64,000 bases of DNA from Heptranchias perlo (Eukaryota): positions 56,358,001-56,422,000 of the forward strand of contig NC_090337.1 of NCBI RefSeq assembly GCF_035084215.1, read 5' to 3'. How positions within the stretch are numbered: position 1 is the first letter of the stretch; every line of letters begins with the position of its first letter. Below are positions 24,953-37,880 of this stretch, piece after piece. The notes beneath the pieces are model-generated. The model searched no databases. It saw only the letters and a list, made by a program, of their open reading frames with translations, and was not told where the DNA came from. The translations under genes were made by a program, and so were the position numbers.

Positions 24953-26087
24953 TGCATTACCCTCATCAACCCTCCCTGTTACTTCATCAAGGAACTCAAT
25001 CAAGTTAGTCAAACACGATTTTCCTTTAACAAATCCGTGCTGACTTTCATTGATTAGCCCACACTTTTCCAAGTGCCAATTAATTTTGTCCCGGATTATT
25101 GTCTCTAAAAGTTTCCCCACCACCGACGTTCGGCTACCTGACCTGTAATTGCCAGGTTTATCCCTCTCTCCTTTTTTGAACAGTGATGTAACATTTGCAA
25201 TCCTCTGGCACCACCCCCATATCTGAGGAGGATTGGAAGATTGTGGCCGGACCCTCCGCAATTTCCACCTTTACTTCCCTCAGTAACCTAGGATACATCC
25301 CATCTGGACCGGGTAAATTTTCTACTTTGAATACTACCAACCTTTTAAGAATCTCCTCTTTATCTATTTTTATCCTATCCAATATCACTACTACCTCCTC
25401 CTTTACTGCTACAATGGCAGCATCCTCTTCTCTAATGAAGACGGATGCTAAGTATTCATTTAGTACCTCAGCCATACCCTCTGCCTCCAAAAGAATATCT
25501 CCTTTTTTGTCCCAAATCAGTCCCACCCTTCCTTTGACTGTCCTTTTACTCTTTATATGTTTATAAAAGACTTTTGGGTTCCCTTTTATGTTAGCCACTT
25601 ATCTACTCTCATACTCCCTCTTTGCCCCTCTTATTCCCTTTTTTAGGTCTCCTCTGTACTTTCTGTATTCAGCTTGGTTCTCTACTGTATTATGCACCTT
25701 ATATTTGTCATGATGCAGTATCACTTCAACCCCATAACATGGTCCAGTATCACTTCAGCCCCATCACATGGTGCAATAACACTTCAACCCTGTCACATGA
25801 TGCACAAATGGGAGCCAGTGTTTGTTCTAATCAGCAAAAAAACACAATTGAAAAGCAGCAAAACATGCAGAAAAGATTAGGTGATGATCAGAGGGTAAAT
25901 TTGCATTTTGTGTGTCTCCAACACAGAACCTAGCCAACCAGGAGCACAGATATTCCATCCATTAATGGATAGAAATTCATATTTGTATATGTGGGATTTT
26001 CTGCTGCACACTCCCTGAGGCTCTGAATTGAGGTATGCAATTGGAATGTTTACCCTCATAATTCTAGAATATTATAATTAACATATA

Positions 26088-27705
26088 ACTGAGGAACTTA
26101 AAGTAATTAAGATTAGTAAAGAAAAAATACTGGAGAAATTAATGGGACTTAAAGCCAACAAATCCCCAGGACCTGATGGCCTACATCCTAGGGTTTTAAA
26201 AAGGTGGCTGCAGAGATAGTGGATGCATTGGTTTTGATCTCCCAGAATTCCTTAGATTCTAGAACAGTCCCTGTGGATTGGAAGGTAGCAAATGTAACCT
26301 CACTATTTAAGAAAGGAGGGAGAGAGAAAACAGGGAATTACAGGCCAGTTAGCCTGACATCAGTAGTAGGGAAAATGCTAGAATCCATTATTAAGGACGT
26401 ATTAACAGGGCACTTAGAAAATCATAATATGATTAAGCAGAGTCAACACGGTTTTATGAAAGGGAAATTGTGTTTCATAAATCGATTAGAGTTTTTTGAG
26501 GGTGTAATTAGCAGGGTAGGTAAGGGGGAACCAGTGGATGTAGTATCTTTGGATTTTCAAAAGGCATTCGATAAGGTGCCACACAGGTTGTTACACAAGA
26601 TTAGGGCTCATGGGATTGGAGGTAATATATTAGCATGGATTAAGGATTGGTTAACAGTCAGAAAACAGAGAGTAGGAATAAACAGTTCATTTTCGGGTTG
26701 GCAGGTTGTAATTAGTGGGGTGTCACAAGGATCAATGCTTGGGTCTCAGCTGTTTATAATATATATCAATGACTTAGATGAAGGAACCGAGTGTATTGTA
26801 TTCGAGTTTACTGATGATACAAAGTTAGGTGGGAAAATAAGCTGTGAGAAGGACGCAAAGGGAAATAGGTAGGTTAACTGAGTTAGCGAGAAGGTGGCAG
26901 ATAGAGTATAATGTGGGGAAATGAGAAATTATCCACTTTGGTAGGAAGAATAGAAAAGCAGAATATTTTTTAAAAGGTGAGAGACTAGTACATGTTGATA
27001 GTCAGAGGGATTTGGGTGTCCTTGTACATGAATCATAGAAAGTTGACATGCAGGTACAGCAACCAATTAGAAAGGCAAATGGCACATTATCCTTTATTGC
27101 AAGGGCGTTGGAGTATAAGAGTAAGGAGGACTTGCTGCAATTATATAGGACTTTGGTGAGACCACACCTGGAGTACTGTGTACAGTTTTGGTATCCTTAC
27201 CTAAGGAAGGATATACTTGCCTTAGAGGGGGTGCAACAAAGGTTCACTAGATTGTTTCCTGGGATGAGAGGGTTGTCCTATGAGGAGAGATTGAGTAGAA
27301 TGGGTCTATATTCTCTGGAGTTTAGAAGAATGAGAGGTGATCTCATTGAAATGTATAAAATTCTTAGAGGGCTTGACAGGTGGCTGCTCAGAGGCTGTTT
27401 CCCCTGGCTGGAGTGTTTAGAACTAGGGGTCATAGTCTCAAGATAAGAGGTCTCCCATTTAGGACTGAGATGAGGAAAAATTATGAATCCTTGGAATTCT
27501 CTACCCTAGAGGGCTGTGGATGCTCAGTCATTGAGTATATTCGAGACTGAGATTGATAGATTTTTGGACACTAATGGAATCAAGGATTATGGGGATAGGG
27601 CGGGAAAGTGGAGTTGAGGCAGAAGATCATCCATGATCATATTGAATGGCGGAGCAGGCTCAAGGGGCTGTATGGCCTACTCCTGCTCCTATTTCTTATA
27701 TTCTA
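26088..27705 (+). mobile_element. CR1 LINE, 5'-truncated
   Basis: NYRPVSLTSVVGK, DFQKAFDKVPH, FTDDTKLGG, LYRTLVRPHLEYC; 3' end ggcctactcctgctcctatttcttatattct. Confidence 0.95.
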
Positions 27706-29477
27706 AGGCAGTAATAAATTTGGGGGTTAAAATGCTGTTAATGAATGCTCCTGTCTTGCTCTCTCAATGTAAGTAATTTCATAACCAATTTATATTACAA
27801 CATTGCCTCTGGAGGCAGAGAGCAAAACTACAGGAAGAGTATAACTTTCCAGCATCTGATTGTAGGCAGCTGAGCTTTCATCCCACCTGTTATGGGCCAG
27901 TAATGCGATTTTAACATTGATGGCCTGTATGGACATCAACATCAAGGATAAGCTGGCCCCTCAATGATAAAGTCGCATGTGTGACTTCATAGAAACTGCT
28001 TAGTGCGCCAGTTCTGGGCTCTCTGAATCCACTTCACAGGATTTAGAACTGGATCAACTTGCAACCCCACTCCCTACAAATTTCTTCTCAAACTTTCTCG
28101 ACTTTTGGCTGCTGCGTGTTGCAGAAATGTTATCCCAGGTAATCTGCGTGCAGTTTAAAACTCTTTAAAACTGAGTGCATTATAACCTTGAACACAATGG
28201 CTAAAAAGTACTCCAATCACTCCATTCCACGTGTTACGAAATTAATATAGTAACAGGAGACTTATTTATTAGGCTTATAAGACATTAATGAAGGCCCTTT
28301 TGTATTAATCATGCAGTTTCAGCCCTTATCCTCATTCTTCTTATCATAAACAACAATCTATTCATTTTTCATCTACAAGTTAGAGCCTATCTGGCCTAAA
28401 TACATACTTGAAACTCCTTGAAGCGTCCTCTTACTCTGAATATAAAGAAGCATTTCCCCAACTTATGTTGTGTAGTACAGTAAACAGTTAAAAAAAAATA
28501 CCCTTTGGTGACACTCCTCAAAAGAATTTGCAATATATTTAACACAAGTGCCTTGCTAGTACGTGCCTGGTTTACAAATGTAACCAGTTGTTCTTGAATT
28601 TCACACAGTTCCCAGACCCTCACAATAAACCAGCACCGCTGTTGCTGTCCAGAAGTAAAAGTCTGAATCAAAGAGTTTCTTAGGGTTAGCCTTTGTCACA
28701 TACAGACTCTATTTCATGTCATAATTATCAGTTAGTTGATCTCCACCTCTCTCACCAAAAGACAATTTTTGACGGCCAGTGCCCTGCCTACAATTCTTTT
28801 ATCTTACAGACACACAAGGATCTTTTAGGGGGTGAAATGAAAAGTTTGAAAACTTTACCTTCTTAACTCATGGCGGAACGAGGAACTGTAGGGGCAAACT
28901 GCTATTAGCGAAGCCACAAAAGGTGATTTGTAAACTAATAGAATAATAGGGCACCACTAGCTGTCTGCAGCCTCGAACAGTCATGCACAATGCGTCAGTG
29001 CCGTTCAGCAAGTTTCTGATGAAGTATCCACCAAAAGAATTCATTGACGAGTGACCTGCAGAACCTGTTGTATTGCTTGTGTTGCACGCTTGAGACTGAC
29101 GTACATTTGGTTCCCGACAGGAGGGAGTTCCTCTTTTTCTCCCCCTCTCCCTGTTCATCAATCGGCAACAATAGACTCACGTGCTTGTCTATTCTGCGTT
29201 ATTATTTGTGGAGCTTAGGGGAGAATTTGTGCCTCTTTGAAGGAATCCAAATGCTTAACACTTGACTTTCTGAGGCAAATTATCTACCCATCTTGTGTTT
29301 GAGCTTTATACTTCATTTGTATTTCACCCCAGCCTTTAGAGGCAGCACTGCAATATAAGCTAGACTGTGTACTTGTCTTCAATAAAGCAGAGACCACCTC
29401 AGGAAATGTTTGCACCCTCCCTGTAGAGACTAAGTGCCACCAATGCTGCTTGTAACAATCCTAGCATTTTATTCTAT

Positions 29478-29998
29478 GTCAGCTGTGGCTAAGTGGGTAG
29501 CACTCTTGCCTCTCGGAACATAGGAACAGGAGTAGGCCATTTAGCCCCTCGAGCCTGTTCCGCCATTCAATGAGAATGAGAATGAGAAGGTTGTGGGTTC
29601 CAGCTCAACTCCAGAGACTTGAGCGCATAATCCAGATTGACACTTCAGTGCAGTACTGAGGGAGTACTGCACTGTTAGAGATTCTGTCTTGATGAGATGT
29701 TAAACCAAGGCCCTTTCTGGCCTCTCAGGTGAACATTGAAGATCCCATGGCACAATTCAAAGAAGAGCAGGGGAGTTCCCACCCAATATCCTGACCAATA
29801 TTTATCCCTCAGTCAACATCACTAAAACAGATTATCTGGTTGTTATCACATTGCTGTTTGTGCGACCTTACTGAGCGCAAATTGGCTGCCGCATTTCCTA
29901 CATTCCAACAGTGACTACACTTCAAAAGTACTTCATTGACTGTAAAACGCTTTGCGATGTCCTGAGGTCAAAGGCCCTGTATAAATGCAAGTCTTTTC
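29478..29998 (+). mobile_element. DeuSINE/SacSINE1-like SINE carrying a small antisense CR1 3'-tail insertion (~29515-29575)
   Basis: Same head, core and tail as 6917-7316; inserted ggaacataggaacaggagtaggcc...aatgag. Confidence 0.8.
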
Positions 29999-31120
29999 TC
30001 ATAGGCAGTTCGATTTTGTCATCATTGGCCTGTATGGACCTTCCCCTGACATCAGGAAAGATCTGTGGCCAGAATGGATAAGTTCATGATGTGACAAGAT
30101 TATGCATGGCAATTGCATTAAGTTGCATTCGTGGCTTTTGAGTAGTGGCGAATGTGCAATTCCTGCATGTGTTTAGTTATTGTGATGTTAACGAATGCAC
30201 CCCACAGAGTACACGAGCATGACTGGCACAACAACTCGATCATACACAACTTAAACAGGGTATAAATGTTGCCATGATAGGAAATACAGCTCTAAAACCT
30301 GAGTCTCACTACCGTGCCCCAGCTCTTCATTGTGCCGGCAGGAGAGCTGCACGGAGTTTTGCGGTGGTGCAATGTTTAGCCAGTTTCAAAGAAAAACCCA
30401 ACAGCAGCCCAAAAGATGATCATTCTAGCTGCATTCTTACAGGCTGGAAATGTGACAGCAGAACATCAAATGTCAGCTGGAGGCGATCAGCTTTTACATG
30501 GGCTGCAAGACTGAGGTGGAGAAGGTTGCGATTGATGTACGAGCATGTTAGTGTAATGAAAACAGGATCAGGTATTTACAAGTGCGTAGTTAGAGTCACG
30601 CAGTCTGTCAGTGAAGCATTGCGATGCATCGTACACTAATCGTCAGCACTGTGTTTACATAGAGTGATGCTGTTACTTATGCAGCTCTGAAACTGGAGGA
30701 AGCCATTACATCCAGGGGTGCTTGGAAATGCAGATATGTCGGTACCAGTTTAATCATTTCAACACAGTGAATGTAAAGTGCTGATTTCACACCAGCCCGT
30801 GAGTATAATAGGACTATGTTAAAGAGGGAGTGTCACGATAAGTACCTTTTTATATATTTAGAAAACCTAAAAAGCAGTTTGATTTATGTTAATTATATCC
30901 CTTTGTTGATTTTTCTAAATATGTTTTTTTTAAAAAAAAGAGTGCTTGTAAAATTATTGAGTTATGCTGGGTGGAACTGAAAAGGGAACTAGTGGTTTAT
31001 TTTAAGCCTTTAATAGACAAACTGGTTTTATTAGGGTTACCTCAGCCTTATCAGAACAAGTGTTACAGAAAGGTATTCTCCACAGCTGCATTGCCTGTGC
31101 CCACTATTAAAGGAGAGACT

Positions 31121-31615
31121 GGCCTGGAAATAGGATCGTGCCCGAGTTGGGGCACGATCCCGGTGCAGAGCGCACTGCCCGCGCCTAATGAGGCTGGTGG
31201 CAGGGCTGTGGCACATGAGTGTAGTACCAGCGAGCAGTGGGTGCAAGATCGCCCACTGGGCTGCCCGCCGAGGGCATAAGGCTAAGAGCACTCCTCCTGG
31301 CTCCACATTAAGGCAAGTTTCTTTTAAGGACCACTGCTTAGGCCACATGTAAACCAGGTAATCCTGAACACCGCAGGCTCCACACCTGCCCCGTTCAGGT
31401 CAAACTATCATTTCTGGTTTTGGTCCTAAAACAGCCATTAAGCCCCTAATTAGCACAGTCAAGGAGCCTAACGCCTGTTTTAGGTGACCGCCAAGGATGC
31501 CTCTACACCACCTGAATCAATAATGGCATCGAACGTTTTTCCAACGTTGTTCGGGCAGGTTAGCCCTAAAATTTGGACCTGGAAGACTGGCGCATCGAGG
31601 TCCAATTTCATCCCC
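31121..31615. mobile_element. GC-rich MITE, probably non-autonomous Harbinger
   Basis: Termini ggcctggaaatagga / tccaatttcatcccc resemble the Harbinger end at 36441-36458; internal 11-bp hairpin ggatcgtgccc/gggcacgatcc. Confidence 0.55.
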
Positions 31616-34081
31616 ACCATCTCCAAGTGTAGTGCTTGCCAAATCAGTTGAAGCATTCAAAACACAGTTGGATAGATCTCTGATGTATTAGGGAGTACAG
31701 GGACCACCAAACACAGATGGGAGCTGAAAATGGTTCGTGTGGGTCCTGTTTGTGAATCTCAGTGAAAGTAAATTCGCCTTCCCCCTTAAGTATCGTTGCA
31801 CACTGACAAAAATGTCCGACAGTGAGTAATGTGCCACGTGGATTGAAGTTTCACTGTGCAGCACCAAACAGGAAAGCAGTTTATTATGCTTTGTTTATTG
31901 AAAATAGTACGACTGCCGCCAAAAGTAAAACTGGGGCCAATGCACCTAACCCCATGGTGCAACTGAAAGAGGTCACTGGTTTCAAAAAGCAACAGCTTCC
32001 AACCACCACATTAGGTTTGCCAACCCTCCAGGAATTAAAAGATTGATCTCCGGGACACTGCTGCAGACAATCAGGGGGGAAAAAATCATAGGGGCATTAA
32101 TATAAATTGTATTTTTTTTCATTTTTTTTGAACACTTTCGTTTGTTAGTGATAAAAATATTGGAGATGGGAAGAAAGGTTGTTTGACTGGTTAGGGCAGT
32201 TGGAGGCAGATCGTCATTTCACCCACTAGTAGGAGACTGTTCCTTCAGCTCTGCAGCTGGAAGCACTATCTCTCTTGGAGAATTGTGCCTGCACTTTGGG
32301 CTGTTTGTACTGGGTGGGGCTTGTTCTGCATTCAGAAAAATAATATTGTTACTTGATATGGATATCCATTTGGATATGCTTGAGATTCAGAGTCCAAAGT
32401 GGTCTAGATTTGACTTGATTCATTAATTTCAGTCTTGAGTACAGAACTATCACTTGGTAGCCAAAGCACTCAAACATATACTCCCACCAGATTTGGTTCC
32501 ATAGTTTCAGGAACCATATGCACTCCCTATTCCGTTTCCTAATCTGCTAAACTTTTGAAGGCGCTAAGCCGTTGGAAGGTTCACACTTACAGAAAATGCT
32601 CTTCCCTACAGCCTGTCTTAAAAGGATGTTATCTTCTCTTACAATTAATTTGGTTTGGATCAATGAACTGGGTTGAACCAAACTGAAATCTGGCAAAGAT
32701 TTAGAAAGCATAGTTAACTCACTGCTGCTGAAAAGCTGTAATCGATGACCTGCCTGCACAATTCATAATGACTTATTTTACAAACAGTTTAGTTAAAAAA
32801 GTTCACTGCGTCAGATGTGCCCTTAAACAATAAATCAGGTGAAGCCTTTTTTTCCTGCTGGTTCTTGAGATGCCATCTCGTCGTTCTGTGGAACATTCAA
32901 GAACCAATAGTGTGGGGACAAAATGGCAGCCACTACTACCCAACTGCTCCTATGTTCCTATGACCAGTTTGCCTTCTGCTGCAATGATTGTTTTTTTTCT
33001 CCCTGACTTAGCATGTTTGCTGCTGCTTTATTATTCAAAGAAGAAAGGTTAAAATAAAAATAAGAGCAAAAGATCTGTGCTAAAAAGATGAAAACATCCA
33101 CATAATGGCTGCCTGCTCATGTGCAGGTTTGACCCTCCCCATCTTTGTCTTTACTTATAAAATTGCCCACCTGTACAGAAAAGGGGTAAAGACATTGTAT
33201 GAAAAAGATGTGCTGCTTACATTTTGACTGAGAGGTCCACATTGTTTATTCATCCTGCTCCTGAATCAAACTGAGGCAGGAGACAGGTTTGTGCCACTTG
33301 AGATGTTGGCAGTTCAGGCTGGTTTACTGAACAAAATAGATAGCAAATTGAGACAAAGTTTCCTCCAATCCAATATCATTACTGTACATTAAACAAGGTA
33401 AGAACACCTAGTGCAAGGGTGCAAAATGGTAGAGTTTCACACTCAGTCCACATGGTTTTACACTTGTTTTGCCTATTTGTGTTAGATCAATCTTTGGAAC
33501 TTCAGTTAGACCACCAGTGCTGTAATTTCAAAGTCAAGTTGTCTGTTCCCATTTGCATAATTACAATCACAATCTTTAAAAGGCTTAATGTTTTGGATTT
33601 TGTGAAGACAAAAATCTCAGTCACTTTTATTGGGGCAGACACGGTTTTCCAATTCCAGCCAACTTTCAGTGCCGATATAGACATGCCTGTAACACGATAT
33701 GTTCAATGAGAAAGAATCCAGGAGGAAATATGTGACAACTGAAGATAATCTGATTCAAATAAGGTTATGGCTGTGATTGGCTGAGGGAGGTGAAATACAT
33801 GATAGAGATTCACTTCAGTCCTGCCTCAGAACCGACTATTGTCTAATATATAACTGTGAAGCTAAACGGATTACAGTTTTTAAAAAAAAGTCCAACTAGA
33901 ATTAATGAAAATTGGCAATTCTGGAGCACAGTCGTATTTTTCCCTTTCTGTACATTTTTTAAATTCAATTCACAGTTGGCTTTGAAGCCAACTCTCTCCT
34001 CCCTGCACAGGTCAGTGTTCCTCAATCCAGAATGCAGACAACTGCTTCCCTTTTGCTTCTGCTATTCTTGATCACACAGCT

Positions 34082-36458
34082 AGGTGGAAACCGATTTTCA
34101 CTGTGGGTGCGGAGCACGAGATTTGCACAAGAGGAATTGTATCAAAATTTGCTTGTGATTTGCTTGCAAGCTACACACCCAAAACTCACAGGTCACACAC
34201 ACTGGCAGCTATTCAACCATGACAGCCACATCGCCCAAATATCTTGCAGGACACTCACTGACACACTTCCCTCTTTCTTGCAGTAGAAGGTGGCGCACAA
34301 CACTAGGCAGCAGGAAGTAACTGGAGGAGGATAGGCGCGCCTACACATCCTAACCCCATGGAGGAGACAGTGTTGTCCATCATTGGACGGTCAGTCACTG
34401 AGGCCATGGCCACTGGCGGTGCTGGAGGTATCGATGATGAGGGTCTCTGCATACCTAATCCTCCTTCTCACTTCCTACGTCTCCCTCAGCCCACAATCTT
34501 TTCTGACTTACTTGCTGCAGATGGTGTAAGCACACATGTCTTACTTTCTCCTCTCCCTGCACAACATCTCAACCCGTGTCCCTTTCAGACAACCAAGAAC
34601 TGGAACCGGCACAGTCAGAGGAAGATGACAGTGATGATGCAGACACACCATCACTCGATCTTACACTCGCAGCCACCAGCTCAAATACTGATACTGTGCA
34701 TACTTTAGAGGCAAGGATAGAGGAGGGATCTGCACGTAGTGAGACAATTGTGCAGGAGCCGGGGCAGGGAGAATGGGTACCACGGGTGCCAGCTTGCCAG
34801 AGGGCGAGGTCGCTCACTAGTTCTGCTGCAGAGGAGCTAGATGATGACTTCGATGGGCCAGGCTACAGAAGAAGGCTGATGGACATACACAACCAAATGC
34901 TCGGTGCAATGGAAAGCCTGCATACAATGTCAAGGGACATGAAGGAGTCCACCTCCAGCCTAGCGCAGAGCTTGGAGCCCAACCTTTCCCACATTGGATG
35001 GGTGGTCACCTCCATCAGCACAACTGTGGACCCTATCATGATGCAACATCTGATGACCGATGTCTAAGCTTCCATTGCAACACAAACATCTGCCATCAAA
35101 GATCTGACTGCTGCATTTGGAGCTCAGACTGCTGCTATCATGCCTCTGGGTGCCACTGTTGAAAGGGACATCCAAGGCATCACAACAGTCCAGCAATCTA
35201 TTCTTCAGTTGATCACCAGGAGCGCTGAGGCGCCGCCCCGGGAGAGTGGCAGTGGCACCTGCTGTCCTCTCTCAGGATGACAGCATTCCTGCTCCCACCC
35301 TGGCCACTCCACCAGTGTGCTTACTATTGCATTTTTCCAGCCGGGCCAGACTGCTGCAGCCCAGGCTGAGATGGTGCAGTCTGAAGCCGGGCCCTGTAGG
35401 CCCAGAGCTGCTCGGGGTCGTCCTCCAAGGCCATCTGCACGCTCCTCAATTGAAGGTCAGCAGCCTTCCACCACCCATGCTCCAGCCACTGGGAATGTAC
35501 CTCGTAGGAACACTAGGATAGGTAAAGGCACACGAAAGATAGGCACTAAGGGAATGCAGAAGGGTAAATAATATCAGTTTGTTTGAATCATTTCATGTGT
35601 AAATCTATAAATGTGGTTATGAATTTGTATTTGGTGGTGGTTTTTATTTCTGCGATGAGCTGAGGGAGGAAGCAATGTGTAATCATAAGGAGGACGATTT
35701 GATGGTCATGTGAGAGAGGAAAGGTAAGGAGTGTGGGACTGTTGGTGAATAGGGAGGTGTCATTGAGGTTACTGATATCGCTCATTAATCAACTGATCAC
35801 GCAGAGCCCTGGCAGACGGCCTTTCTACATTGTTGCCTTCCTCCACTTCCTCCTCCATCTCTTCCTCCTTTTCTGGAAGCTTGTCCTGCTCTGCGTGGCC
35901 TCTGCATGTTCCCAGTCATGTTCAATTCCCAGAGGAAATCCATGTCTGGAAGCAGCTTTGGCCAGCACACTATTTTAAATGCCACAAACAGTACTGCAAG
36001 ACCAGTCAGACCACTCTCTACAGAGTATTGCAACTTTCTCCAAGTATAGGGAACTTCCAAAAATACATACAATTGCACCAGCAGCCAAAATAACTCATCC
36101 AGCAACTAACCTGTAACTCCAGCATGATCCCTCCAAATAGGGCTGGTGGGGGTTCCTTCATGCCGTTTAAGTCCTGTTCAGCTGTGTGAGGCTAAGACAG
36201 TGCGTTGGCCGGAGCGTGGAGTTCCAAAATGCTGCCGGCTGCTTCAAATCAGCATTGCGCACTGATTTATGTCATAATCTCCCAACTCTACATGCTGCTG
36301 GCGGTCGTTAGTTGTGTGCACGCAACCAACTTTACCAAGATGGCGTCCTGCGCACTTCCTGTTGGAAGTGTGCGTGGGCATCTTGGACGCCATTTTCGGG
36401 GCTTAGGCATCAGCGCAGTGCCTACAAAACGGGCACTACACGGCCCAATTTCACCCCC
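34082..36458. mobile_element. Decayed Harbinger (PIF) transposon: + strand later exons of the Myb/SANT-partner gene, - strand transposase C-terminus
   Basis: The + strand segment KVAHN.RQQEVTGGG...MEETVLSIIG resembles the region following the Myb domain in Harbinger/NAIF1-like proteins. The - strand 35875-35769 reads EEEMEEEVEEGNNVERPSARALRDQLINERYQ*. Right terminus cccaatttcaccccc; left boundary uncertain. Confidence 0.7.
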
Positions 36459-36469
36459 ATTATCTTTAA

Positions 36470-37880
36470 AGATGGAAGCGTAAGGAGAAAATGCCTTAAA
36501 AAGAATACCATTCTGGTTTTTAGAGAGAGGCTATGAATATAAAAGCAAAAAAAAAATGCTGAATTTGTATAAGACATTGGTTAGCAGGCATTTAGCATCC
36601 AGTTCTGGACACCTCATTATAGCAAGGGTATTCAAGCCATGGAAAGGTTACAGCAAAGATTCATTAGAATGACACCGGGAATGAAAAGTTTTAGTTATGA
36701 AGAAAAGTTTGTAAGATTCCGACTTTTTCACTGGAATACAGAAGCTTAGGGAAGTATCTAATCGAGGTTTCGAGGAGGTAATTAGTGAAAGATCGATGAA
36801 TAAGTAATAAGGGGCACAAGCTCAGGATTATCACAAGAAGAATTGTTGTCAAACAGAGGATTATTAGAATATTGAATGCTCTTTCACAAGGGGCTACTAA
36901 GCAGAGACTAATACATCACTTAGGAGTGAATCGGATAAGTATCTGAAAAGGGAGAATATAAAAGGTTACAAGGAAATGGGATTCGAATAGCTAGCTCCAG
37001 ATGAAGAAGTAACACTGGCAGAGGCCAGATGGACTGAATGGTCTCCTTCTGTGCTGTAATTTCTATGATTTGGCTAGTTAGGCTTCCAATACTGACAGAT
37101 AGTGGGCTGTCCTTATTCAGCCTTGTCGACCTTCGAGGCAAGAACAAGCTCCACTTTTTAAAAGAACCCAGTGGCCTTGGCCCAAGTTCTGATTTTAATT
37201 GTGCTCGGGATGTGGGTGAAGGTGGCACGGTCGCATTTATTGCCCAACCCCCTCCTTTGGTAGCAATCGATTTACCACCAAGTGACTTGCTAGGCCACTT
37301 CAGAGGGCATTAAGAGTCAACTGCACCATGTGGGACTGGAGTCGCGTGACAGCCACACCAAGTAAGGACGGTAGGTTTCCTTCCCTGAAGAACATCAGTT
37401 TTTATGGCAAAGATTTACAAGGATGATACCAGAACTGACAGGTTATAACTATCAGGAATGACTGAACAGGCTGGGACTCTTTTCTCTAGAAGAGAAGGCT
37501 GAGAGGTGACCTGATAGAGGTCTTTAAAATTATGAAGGGGTTTAATCAGGTAGACATAGAGAAGATGTTTCCGCTTGTGGGGGAAGTCCAAAACTAGGAA
37601 CTATAAATATAAGATGGTCACTAATAAATCCAATAGGGAATTCAGGAGAAACTTCTTTACCCAGATAGTGGTGAGAATGTGGAACTCGCTGCCACATGGG
37701 TTGAGGCGAATAACATAGATGCATTTAAGGGGAAGCTAGATAAACATATGAGGGAGAAAGGAATAGAGGGATATGTTGATAGGATGAGATGAAGTGGGGT
37801 GAGAGGAGACTCATGTGGAGCATAAACACTGGCATAAACCATTTGGGCCGAATGGCCTGTTTCTGTGCTGTACATTCTAT
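36470..37880 (+). mobile_element. Two CR1 3' fragments (~36470-37070, ~37410-37880) flanking an antisense SINE remnant (~37190-37405)
   Basis: Tails ccttctgtgctgtaatttctatgatt and ggccgaatggcctgtttctgtgctgtacattctat. The SINE remnant matches 39555-39900. Confidence 0.7.

Larger units (their letters stand above)
22864..25710 (-). mobile_element. CR1 LINE (decayed ORF2) interrupted by Penelope and partly duplicated
   Basis: Minus ORFs contain NPKVFYKHIKSKR, PGPDGMYPRLL, QHGFVKGKSCLTNL and LYKTLVRLQLEYCVQ. Confidence 0.9.

Noticed and set aside
33502-33684. Small minus ORF and octamer motif (atttgcat)
   Set aside because: A single motif and a short ORF with no supporting splice or promoter context.
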